A stretch of 50,919 nt of DNA, counting the filler, from Basidioascus undulatus (Eukaryota): NCBI GenBank assembly GCA_000826855.1. It is 5 parts of 5 records of this genome, joined end to end, with 100 filler letters (N's around TTAATTAATTAA, not from the genome) between each part and the next. Parts side by side here need not be neighbours in the genome. Positions count along the whole stretch, not along the records: positions 1 to 22,301 come from JTLS01000299.1; 4 more parts are not named here. One strand, 5' to 3'. Positions 1-11,454 of the stretch are shown here, piece after piece. The notes under the pieces are model-generated. The model was not told the DNA's origin and did not search any database. It worked only from the letters and a program-made list of their open reading frames with translations. The position numbers and the translations under genes are program-made. Every line of letters begins with the position of its first letter. The first letter of the stretch is position 1.

Positions 1-2944
1 GGCCCCGAGGACAACAATGCCCGCTCGCCGTCGCTCGAACCGGGACCGCTCGCGCTGCAGCACCAGCCGCCGCCGCCGACGACTGGGGATCACATCGCCC
101 GCCCCGCGTCGCCGTTCCGCTTCGGTGCGGATGAGGGCGATGGGCCGCCGCGTCAGGGCTCCGAGGTAGACATGGATGCTGCCGCTCAGCCGCCGGTCGC
201 AGGGCAGTCTGCAAGGGCTCGCTTTGCCGCATCTGTACGTTTTGTCCGCCCATACGATATCCGACATTCTGTCTGCTAACGCTACATCCCTGTCGTCCAG
301 GCGTCGCCATCGTCCTCCCGCTCATCCACGCCTGTGCCCCAGGCCCGCATGAAGACTGCCCCCACGGGCCCGCCGCGCGGCCGCAAGAGCACGGGCGGCC
401 ACCCGCCGGGCGCTGCGAAGCCTTCGCAGCAGCCATGCGCTCGGAAGAGCACCGGAAACCGTCCTCCAGTCCCTATGGCTTCTAAAACGCGGCGGCTGCC
501 GAAGGACATCCTCAGCGACGTGCGTAGCTCCGCTGCCCAGATGGTTGGTCTTCCGTTGAGTGATACTGACCCGGGTGTGTGAGCATCGGTTTAGAAGGAT
601 GAGGTCGAGGGAGACGACGAAAGCAGCGAAGTGGAGATCCTCTCGCCCGGGCCGCGCCCATCTCGGCGCTTGTCCGCCTCGCTCGCGTCATCGCAAGACG
701 GGGTGCACCGCGCGCTCCGGTCCTCGGCCGGGCCGTCCCAGTCGCCTCTCTCGCCCGCGAGCACGCCCGCGCCCGAGCCGCCGATCACGGCGATTGCGAA
801 GCTCGAGCCGGGGCTGCCGGTGACGGACGAGGAGCGCGCCGAGGCGAACGCGATGTGGGCGCGCGCGGCAGTCGACCCAGATGTGGCTGAGGACGCAGGC
901 CAGCTCTCACTCCTCGACATGCTCTACAACCACCCGCGCCCCCAGGAGGCAAGGCGCGACTGGAGCAACCGCCTGCCGTTCCTCGGCTTGATAGACATGG
1001 CCGCGCATAACGCGGACTGGAAGAACCTCCCGACTTTTAAGCTCGAGAACAAGATCAACCCGGAGGAGGAGCCAACCCCGCCGATCGAGTTCTTGTACAC
1101 CAACAGGAACAAGGTGCGTCCTCCGTCCCGCAACCAAGGTCGCGCTGTGCACGCCCTGGGGCTGACCTCTCGTGCGGGGATGTGCACGGCGCGTGCAGCA
1201 CTGCGACGGCGTCCCGAAGCTCGACAGGCGACGACTGCGCGGGTGCTCGTGCGAAGACGACTGCTCGCCCGACTCGTGCGAGTGCGCCGCACGCCAGCGC
1301 GCGGCGTACGGGGACTTGTTCAACGGCGCCGGCTTCAGTGCGTGCATTCCTTTGACTGTAAGACCCAGGACAGACAGCTGACTCGTTCCTATCTTGCCTT
1401 GGGCGGGGAACCCACAGTCTACGACGATAACCGCCGGCTCCTTGTGCCGTATCACCCCATTTTCGAGTGCAACGACATGTGCGGCTGCGACGAGGACTGC
1501 CCGAACCGAGTGAGTCGAATTGGCAGTCGCTCGGTCCCTTCTCCCGCTGCATTGGTTGCGCGCCTCCTTGCTGAGAGCTTGTCTTCTGCGATTAGGTCGT
1601 CGGCCGCGGTCCATCGGGGGACTTCACAATCTTCCGTACCAGGCACAAGGGCTGGGGTGCATTGTCCTTCCCAGCTTAACCATGCTGTTACGAACGCTCA
1701 CGGGGTTTGCGATGCTAGGCGTCAAGACGAACAAGCCCATCAAGCGCGGGACGTTCGTCGGCAACTACGCCGGCGAGATCCTGACCAGGGAGGAAGCAGA
1801 AGAGCGCGGCGAGTACATCTCGATCCTCTCGTCCCTTCCTCGCCTGAACTCACCTTGCATCACCCCTATCTTCCCCCTTAAAGGATCTTCGACCTCGTCG
1901 GCAAGACGTACTTGTACGACATCGACTTCCACTTCCTGCGCCTGGCGCACAAGGCGCGCGTCAGCGCTCAGCCGGAGGCCGCCGGCCTCACCCCGGACGA
2001 GATTGACAAGAAGTTCAAGTTCACCCCCAAATACGGTGCGTCCGGGGTTGGCGCAATGGAGTAGTCCTCTGGAATGTCCTGACTGAGTCTGTGATTACGC
2101 TGCTGGCAGTCATAGACGCATACCACCGAGGCAACGTGAGTGGATTCTTGGTACGCATCAGTCTGCGGAGGCTTGAGCTGACTTCCCAGCTCCATTGTTC
2201 AGTTCACGCGGTTCATCGTACGATTCACTTACTTTCCCTCTCCTGGAAGCGTCCGCTGACTTGTTTGCTGCGTAGAACCACCACTGCAATCCGAACCTCT
2301 ACATCCAGGTGCGTCGCTTCTTTCTCTGCCGTCTATTTAGCTGCGCCGCTCAATCAGATCTCACTCTCCATTCAGGCCGTGTACGTCAACAACGACAACC
2401 CGGAGATCCCACTATTCGCGCTATTTGCTCGGCGCGACATCCAGAAGGGCGAGGAACTCACGTTCTCGTACGTGCATTTTAAATATCACTAGTTCCTTTT
2501 GGATTCAGAATAGGTATTGAAGAGCGGGCACTGCAGGTACCGCGGGGACGAGAGCGACGAGGAGGGGGCCGAAGACGAGGTAAGTGTATCACCTGCATGG
2601 CCGTTCTGCTCCGGAAAATAGCTGACTCTGGCGTGACGACCGTGCTCTCACAGTTCGGTCCCGCAAAGGGCAAGGGCAAAGGCAAGGGCAAGAAGAGCGA
2701 CAAGGGCGTCACGCCCGGCAACCACTCGCGGCGGGGGCGCACGAAGGTCAAGAGGGGCGCCCAGCCGGACGAGACGACGACGAGCAACATGTCTCAGCAG
2801 TGCATGTGCGGATACGCCAAGTGCCGGGGGACAATGTTCAAGGAGGAGGAGGTCTTGGGGAAGGAGGCTGAGGAGGAGGCCGAGGAGGCCGAGGAGGGAG
2901 GAGGAGGCCGAGAAGTGATAGCTAGCATGGACTTTAGGGCCTAG
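1..2944 (+). CDS. clr4: Histone H3K9 methyltransferase, Clr4/DIM-5/SUV39 family (5' end outside window; about 14 exons visible)
   Basis: Manual splicing at GT-AG introns (e.g. 235-300, 520-594, 1114-1198) keeps one frame. It yields a pre-SET Cys cluster (GCSCEDDCSPDSCEC...IFECNDMCGCDEDCPNR), SET motifs (KGWGV, GTFVGNYAGEI, TYLYDID, GN-FTRFI-NHHCNPN, GEELTFSY) and post-SET CMCGYAKCRG, with the stop at 2942-2944. Confidence 0.92.
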
Positions 2945-3219
2945 GGCATGCCCTTCCCGCCGTTCTTGGCCATTCTCTTCATCGTTTTGTGCCATATTGG
3001 CCCTTCTATAAGGATTGATGGCAATTTCCTGATCCAGGCTTTGAAAAAAAAAACCCCCTTTGGCGTGATGACTCGTTGGGCAGAACATATGGCTTTGGTG
3101 GCAGCGTAAGAGTTACGGCGACTGGTGCTACGTGCTGGTCAACAAGAATTGTATGCCTTGTGCAAAAATACGTTCCGCCGATCGCAGTGTACACTTAAGT
3201 AGGAAACGAGGAATCGAGT

Positions 3220-5616
3220 CTATGGTGGGTGGGGGTAATACTGGGGCTGGAAAGAAGTGTCCCGACCGTGCTGGGTACGCGGGCGTTGCTGGGGAGAGGT
3301 ATGCTGCTGCGCCGCGGGAGGCGCAGACAGCGCGGGCGGGAACTCGTAGCCGGCAGCGCTGCTGCCGTGCAGGCCGCCCGTGGGCGAGCGGGTGTACTCC
3401 TTGTTGTGCGGATCAGACTGCGCGGCGCCGACGGGGTTCGCGAAGTCCAGCAGCGCCGCTTGTGACGGATCGAGACCGCCGCCGCCGCCGCCACTGGACG
3501 TCACGATCGCGGGCGGCGTCGCGTTGGTGGCGTTGGAGTGCGGCGAGGAATGCGCAGACGTAGGCGCGGAGAGGTCGTACATCGCCTAACGGGTGACAAG
3601 GGAATGGGCAAGTCAATCTCGAATCTGCAGCACCGGGAATGCAACGGGCGCGTAGAGAGGGACCATACAGAAGATGCTTGGAGGTTCGATTCCCAGGCAG
3701 GGTGCTGCTGCTGGGGCGGCGGAAGGCGGCTGAAGGGATCGGTCTCGACACCAGCGTAGGCGGAGATGGGGGTGGGAGGCTGTGGGGAGGACGCGGCGGG
3801 CGAGACGCCGAGGGTGTTGAAGTTGTTGAGAAACTCGGCAGGACTGCGAATTACCAGACCGTCAGCGCCTTTTACGTGAACGGCAAGATTGGGCAGGAAA
3901 CAAGGACGCACCATGATGCTCGCCGATGATCGGGGTTGAAGAAAAGCGGGACCTGCAGACTTCCCGGGCTGGGCGTCGCACCGTCGTACGCCCCATAGCC
4001 TGTCCCAATGCTGCTCGCGAGACTGTCGCGCCGCCCCAAGCTGCCGTCGTACGACGTGTTGTCGTACATGCTGCTCGCGATGCTCTCGCGGCGGTCATCG
4101 CGCCACCCACCAGGCGGGGGCATCGCGTGGCTGAGGCTGCTCGCCTGCGCGTGGTAGAACGTCGAGTCCGCTATGGACGGGGGGCCGAAGCTCTCGCGGA
4201 GGGGCGAGTTCGCGTGCTCGGTCGGTGTCGGCGGGGGCCGGAGGGAGCCGAAGGAGAAATTGGGGTCGGGGAGGACGCCAGTCTCTTCGGCGCAGGGCGC
4301 GAGGCGGGAACGCCCGCTTGGAGGTCGGAGGTTCGGGTTTGAGCGTCGGTGCGCTAGATAACCCAGCATGGCATTGGGAAGGGACGCACGCCGGACGGGG
4401 CCCGGCCCGCCCGGCAGCGGGAGGAGAGGAGGGGTCGAGACGGAGATGCCGAGGCCGGCGACGGGAGGGGAGGCGCTGTACCCCGGCGCGTGCGCCATGG
4501 GCAGCGAGCCCCGCCGGCCGGCGGACAGCGTCGTTGGCGAGAGGTGGCCGTGCACGCGCAGCTGGTGGTCCGCAGACGAGTCCGCCGTGGACTCGAGTCT
4601 TTGGGCGAGGGTGAAGGACGAGACGGAATGGGGGGTGGGAGAGGGTAAGGGCGAGGCGCCGTGGGGGAACTGCGCAATGTCGCCCACCGCGGTCGATATC
4701 GGGGATGGGCGCGTGGATGAAGATGTCGCTGGGGAACCGTTGCCCGTGAGACCTTTCGGGAGCGTCGACGTGCTCGAGCCCGGCCCCGGCGCCGACGCAG
4801 AGCTCGACGCCGATGTCCTGGAAGCTGCAGACGCATTGGCGGCCACTGCAGCCTGCTCAGCAGCAACCTCTGCAGCGTCCGCGGCCTTTTTGGCTTGCGC
4901 CTTTGCCTTCGCACGACTGGTAAACGAAAGCCAATTGTCAGCCTCGTGATATCGACGACAGTAGCCGCCATGAAGGAGACTGTAAACGCACCGATTCTGG
5001 AACCTGGTAAGGCGGAAGTAAACCGCAGTCAGTGACGCTTGCGCGATAGGCACAGGGGACGCAAGGGGCAGGTGGGCAGGGGTAAAGGGGGGCTCAAAGC
5101 CTTACCAGATTTGGACGCCCCTTGGCGTCATTTCGAGGCGCTCAGCAAGCTCCTTCCGGAGGATCGCAGAGGGCTTTGGGTTCGTGTGGAACGTCTCCTC
5201 GAGGACCTAATCGCGAACGACAGCACATATGAGACCAGATTCTGCAGCGATTACTAAAGTTCAAGTGGGAACGATAGACACACCTTGAACTGCGCTCGAC
5301 TCGTGCGCTTGCGATGCTTGATCTCGAACGGGTTGTAGAAAGCTGTTTGGAACGGTTGTCCGCCTGGAGGAGGCAGCACCCCGCCGGTGGGAGGGGGTAG
5401 AGGCAGCGTTGTCAGGCCGCCGCCGTATCGCATGTGTGCGTAGGGATCGGAGGGGGGGAGGTGCATGTTGGAAGACGAAGGGGCATGAGGATGTTGGACA
5501 TGATGGGAGTGCAGTGCTGGCGGGCATTGGGGGGGTTGGGAGAGCACGGGGGCGGACGCTGCTGGAGCGTAGGGCGCATACGTCGTGTAGCTCTGGGGAG
5601 CATACTCGTCGCTCAT
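3220..5616 (-). CDS. Homeodomain transcription factor with a long low-complexity C-terminus (Hom2-like architecture)
   Basis: Exons 5616-5284, 5206-5106, 5003-4992, 4916-3912, 3843-3669 and 3585-3220 splice in frame. They give KHRKRTSRAQFKVLEETFHTNPKPSAILRKELAERLEMTPRGVQIWFQNRRAKAK, a canonical homeodomain with WFQNRR, followed by several RRxS motifs. Confidence 0.92.
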
Positions 5617-8436
5617 TGCGGCGCCAGGAGGGGAGGACGGTCGAGGTGTAGGAGGAGCCCTTCCTTCAACGCTTCAACGGAGCGTATCGATGCACGGGAG
5701 TCCAGGGCTGCTCGGGAGAGGGAGGAGAAGGGAGGGCTGAGGATATGGAAAACACGAGGAGGAGCTCCGGTCAAAGTAGGCCGAGGCGGGCGTATTGTGA
5801 TCGAGTGCTGGACCGCCGAAAGAGTCGTGCTCGCCGTTGGGATGATGAGGGCAAGAGAGAAGACGTCGAAGGCGATTGTAGGAGGGAAACGCGTTAGGAA
5901 GGGTGGGCGTGGGGGCCGCTGTGAGAACGGTGCCGGTGCGGACGAGGATGCGCAGCGAGAGCGGGCGAGCGCTCGGCTGCCTGTCGAACGTTGGGATGCC
6001 GGCAGCTCTGAGATCGCGCCCTGCTGCACTCCTCCTCCTCCTCCTGCCGGCCTATTTGTTTGCGCGTCCTGTCCTGCTTGTTGCGCCCACCGCGTACCCT
6101 ATTTCCTCCGAGAGTTACGGCGATACATCCGGCGGCCGCGCGTGGGCGGTGCAGGCGGTGGCACACTAGCGGCATCGGCAAGCAAGAAGCCTCGACTATG
6201 GCTGGCGGCGACACCGCAACCCTGGATGCCTCTTGCGCATTCTTGCCAACTTTCCGTGTGGACTATCCAGCCACGCCAAACTCTCAAACTTTCATCCAAT
6301 CCCATGGGCAGCAAGCTGCGCACACCGCTTTCAAGGATGTGGGATCGTCCCTTTCGAAATCGGCAGTGCCGCCCTTGGCAGGGAGAAGCGACTTCGAGTT
6401 GCCAACCATCACAGCCACGACTTTCATGGCCGTATCCGAACACTTCCGAGCGCTTTTCGACCTCGCGATGCTCAGTTCCTGGTCGATTTGCGCACGCGAG
6501 AGCAACGTGCACTAATGAAAGAAGCTTCAAGGCCCCCTCTCGTGGCAAATAACGTTTCCCTCTTGCCGTCTTGAGCCTTCTTGTAGCGTTGGGCTTGTCC
6601 GCCATTCAATCATGCCCACGTCCGTTGGGATTCAATGGCGCAAATAGCAATACGATGAGTTCTTGTTGCTGACCTTGATGGCTGGGTGTTCTTCAGCACA
6701 CGAGTGACGTGGTCAAAACCCTTTGCCTGACAATTGACATCCTAGACCCGATGCAGTTTCATCGTTGTGTCTGTTGGCTAGCATTGCGCATGAGCCCTTG
6801 CCTCGGCTCTTTGCGGAAAGTACACAAACTGTTAATACTAACAGATCTTACATTCGCTCCGGGCCGGTGTTCGGCTCATCCTGGCCGAGCCTAAGCCAAC
6901 GCTAGTCTCCGCGCAACACATCCTCCTCGTGCACAGACTTGCACGGATTGCGCTCGTGTGCACCGCCTCTTATCACATTCTCAATCCTCCAATAACAGCT
7001 GGACTTTCTACACCAGCTTTCGGACGTACTTACACCTCTTAGCACATCAGCCTACCCCCGGTGTTGACGGTCCAGAGTTGTGTCGCAGCGATGCTCGCCC
7101 CATATGGCTTAATAAAATTGTCTCTCACACACGCCCATGCAGTCCATCAGCTTGCTGACCAGAACACATCCATCCCACCCTGTACCTTACGTAAGACCCA
7201 CCAGCTAGATTGCTACTGACTATAACTACGGCAGTGGAGGTCCAAAGGTTCGTTCACCCACCAGAGAGCTTTCAGCAGGCGAGCTCGGACTGCAGCTGCG
7301 CCGGCGCCTGCAACGAAACCTTCTTCGTCGAAAAGCACTGCCATCCGCGCCTGTCTGTGCGCGCGCCGCCTATGATATGCCTAATCATTCAACACGAAAC
7401 GACACTTTTTCTGGGCAGCAAGCGGACTTGACAAGTTGCGTACCCTTGGACGATCCTCACGCTCGCCGCGGAGGTCGTACCCTCGTTCACAACATCACAG
7501 ATCGGCAACGCCAGGGCGTGCCTGTGGGCGCAGCCTTGAGCCTTCGATAATATTGCTGCAGCTTGCGAGGGAGGTCCTGTCGATGCAGGTCACCAGAGTC
7601 GAAGGGTCTCTGTAGGTACCGGGCTGGGAGGATGCAGAGCTGCGTTGATCGCCGATGAGAATGAGCCGGGGAAAGGCGAGGCGGAAAGGCTGATCGAGTC
7701 TGAGAACCGACGTGTCGATGGGTTGTACATTTATGATGCCTGTGATCTCAACACAACGAAAAGGTGAATTTCGACAATAGTATGAGGACACGACATTCCA
7801 GCGGTTCAGTGCATGTGATGAAAAGATTGCGTCCACGCCGTTGCGGGTCGCAACCTGATCAGTCGGTCAAGATTCGATCGGCGGTTGTTGGAAAGCGTAG
7901 GAATCATCCCGGATTTTTTTTTCACTGTCGATCAAATCCTGTAGAAGATCGAATAGCAGAGGAAGCGTGCAATACCCGAAGTTTCTTAGTCTGCTGGGCA
8001 AACGGCCCGGTGTTGTCGGCCATCAACGTTACGGACAACCTTCTCTTGTTTGTGGCGTGAAGCCAAGATAAGAATTTTTCTAGGGTGAACTGTGGTTGGG
8101 GGGCTTCTTTTCTAGCCCGTTCCAGTCTGCACTTCTTGCGAACCTAGCGGAGTGTCGGACGGGCGAACGTTCAGTCGACAGTCTTTATTCCGTTCACCAG
8201 TTTGCCAGAAGTTCTGTTCAGCACAGGTGCACAGAGTCCGCGTACTACACTTGTTCCTCATTCACTGCGAGTATGTCCGGTGTTGAGGACCGCGACGTGG
8301 CGGTCTTGACGTTTTCAGCATGCATGTCTGTTGCCTCAAGGTCCGCACGATTCGTTCCACAACGAAATGTCCGCATGTATGAAAAATTCCTCGAAGAAAT
8401 ATCATAAAATACCCTGAAAAAGAACAACAACAGAGT

Positions 8437-9368
8437 CTACCGGCCCCATGGCCAGCCTTTTTTGGGTGAGCTCTGTGGGAAGCCCTGCGAAAAGTCATAA
8501 CCACACTCCTCACGCCCATTGTATCCCGACTCGTAGCCAGTCTCGGTATTGCTCTGATTAGATCCATGTATCCCAGGGTGAATTTTTGTATCTGGTGCTC
8601 CGTAATGTTTATGAAGTGCTCACCTCTGGCGCGTACCACGACCGCTGTTCAAGGCCCATCCGAGCGGTGCTGTAGGCCTGAAACCGAAACGCCCATTTGA
8701 GCCTCTCACTCTACGTCAAGAATACCAAGAAAGCTGTACCTCATGCTCGGTAGTAGTTACATGCTTGACGTTGCTCGAATGCCAGCGGTTAGCGGGCGCT
8801 GCCGGCCATGCCATAGGATGGTCGCTGCGCTCAAAGTAGCTCCCATTGCTGCTCGCGCCGTTGAGAGCCTGCCACTTCGAGGCACTGGCATACGCCTCCC
8901 TCCTCAATTCTTCTCCTCGAATAAGATCGGGTTGGGAGTGCTGGTAAGGGAGCATGAAATAAGTAAACAACGCCCACTGTTCAACCAAACCAGCGCCGTA
9001 CCGCAGGTTCGTACCCCGCCGCCGAAGCTACACCCCACTAAGACGCATCCTTGTAAGGTCTCGTGAAGAGTAATCGAGAGAAGGGACGATCTTACCGACG
9101 ATTGTGAGCTCGTATATGACTGTCGGTGCGCGTCGTGGACAACGAATCCCCTTTGAGGTGGGTACTGCGACTGCTGGGCCGCCCAGGGGTCGCAAGAGTC
9201 CCACGAAGTCGTCGAACCCGGGGAGGTGGCGGAAGTAGGCGAAGGGGGAGAGGACCAGGTGGATGATGAGCCGGAAACGCTAGGCGATGAAGCAGTCGCG
9301 GAGTACGCATAGGTCGTCCGCTCGCGACGAGGGTAAGCGGTGAACCATACATTTGACGAGCCCATCAA
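8437..9368 (-). CDS. Hypothetical Ser-rich orphan protein (about 226 aa, 5 exons)
   Basis: Exons 9368-9096, 9037-9002, 8940-8740, 8677-8624 and 8553-8437 are all bounded by GT..AG with phase-0 introns and give an uninterrupted ORF from ATG to TAG. No domain was recognised. Confidence 0.5.
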
Positions 9369-11454
9369 TACCAGTTTTGGTGGTCAAACTGAAAAGTGGG
9401 GAGAGAGTGGAGCACTTCATTGCGGAATTTTATGGCGGTTATGTACTTCCATGAAAGGGAGGGACAGTTCTCAATGGGCCACGCCTTCTCGGGAATCCAA
9501 GCAGCTTGCCTCGTATTCTCGCAGGAGTACGAGCAGACTGGCATCGGTATCCGCCTCGGAGGCCCACGAACCTTGCGGGACTTTGGAGTGATGAAAAACC
9601 TTGTACAGGTTTTCCGAGAGCTGTGCGGTACACGAACGATAGCAACTGGTGCGAACCGTTTTTTGGGACCTCTCGGAAACAGCTGGAGCGCCCCGCTTGC
9701 TACGCGCGGAGTGAAGCAGAACGCCGGACGGAGGAGGGTAAATTTTGCGTCAATTCCTATGGACACGTGTTTGGACACGCGTTTGCACCTTGTGTTAAAT
9801 CACCTTTTCCCGCCCGGATGGGTCAGAGGAAGGCGGAAGCACCGTATCTTGACTATGTTCTGAGGGGTGCTCCAGCGGCGCTCAGCTGCCTAACTGCCCG
9901 CGTGAGTGCACACGCACTTTTGTGTGTGCGGACACGAACGTGCTCGCTCGAAAGATCCGAGGCAGGTATAGCTTGCCTGGACGACACTTTCCAGTTCAGG
10001 CTCTCATCCAAGATGTTGGTCCTCAAAGCGGCACGGACTTGTGTCTGACCTCGGCCGAGGCGGAAGAGACACAGGTGCAGCATGCAAGCTTGCATGTTTG
10101 CATGCTGTGCTGTTGGGGAAAAACTGCTGAAATTTACCTTCTCGATTTGCTAATCCCCTGAGGTTTGACTTTCCATTTGCCTAATAGGGGAGATGAGGTT
10201 AAACTTCCCCTTGCGTTTTGTGAAGCTGCGACCTCGCCGGAGAATTTCAGCACTCACTGCCTGCTATTTTCCTGTGTTGTAGCGTGCCTAGCTGGCCTTA
10301 ATCATGAGAAAGAAAAAAACCCTCCTGAACTACGGAAAAGTCTATCGAAACCTCGCTACACACAGGGGGATGCAGACGACGTCCAGGCGTTTGCCCAGTC
10401 AGAAGATTTATGAGTACATACTGGTCAAGTTACCCGGATAACTACCATTGAAAACAGCGCTGAGTCCGTTTCGCTTCACAAGGTGAAAATGGGAATGGCC
10501 TAAAGGCCAACCTTTAGAGGACTCCGAGGGCAATGAGGGTGTGCCCTGTCTTCCAGTTGCCCAATATCCCAGAGTGGAATATGGAACGAAACGGTTCTGA
10601 AGATTGAACCCGGACGAATATCTCATCCTCGAGAGAGAACAACAGACTCGCAGCCGAGCTGTCGAAGCCTGAAAAGTGAGTCTTCAGGAGTCGCATCGCC
10701 GCCGAAGAAAGCACTGCTGGAGTATTCTGCCGCCCTTAGAACATCTCGAGGACTTGTATGCTGTCATTGAATTTTTCTCTCAGATTGCGCTGGTACTTGA
10801 CAAAGCGTAAGCGCTCCGAGATGAGCATGCGCTCCTCTTCGCCACACTGCTGTGCTGGCTGGAGTAACCTGGGTTGCGCTAAGGAGCATCACGTTTGAGT
10901 ATAGCATCTTACAAATCCTCTGTTTCAACAACTTAGGCTGCAACCCTCCTCTTGAGGGATCGGAGCAGGTCGAAACGCAACAGGAGCGACCCTATCAAGT
11001 TTCACGCGCAAACGGTAACCGGCGCGCCGCTGGCTACAACAGACTCAGTTCGTCGACGACCCCGCTTTCTTGCATGTATAGAGCGGGTTGAAAGTACTAT
11101 CTAGAACATTTGTCTCCCACATTAAAAGAGTGGCTGAAGGCACGCGAAGAGCGAGGCCAAGAGCGGTTGCGGTGGGTTGAGGCACGGTCCAGCTTGTGTC
11201 GGCCCGGTTGCGGTCATCCAGCGTTTCGTCTAAGTTTCGTCCTTCTCTCTTTTACACGTGAAAGATGGTCCCAGGACGAAATCATGCGCCACGCCCGCCG
11301 CTCTACGCCTAGAGCCTCTCTTGCATCCTCTTTATCACCGTCCACGACCGTCTACAACGGTATACACACCCATAGATTCCCCACCGACGCGGACTAGGCG
11401 CCCCCGAGCCCCTGAGCCCCATCAACGATCAGGCGACGCACGAGCGAGCAGAGC

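Noticed and set aside
5434..6552. 372-aa plus-strand ORF overlapping the homeobox start and promoter
   Set aside because: Low-complexity translation of purine-rich UTR/promoter sequence, with no domain and no supporting splice pattern.
10081..10096. 16-bp perfect palindrome CATGCAAGCTTGCATG
   Set aside because: About one palindrome of this length is expected by chance in 50 kb, and there is no supporting context.
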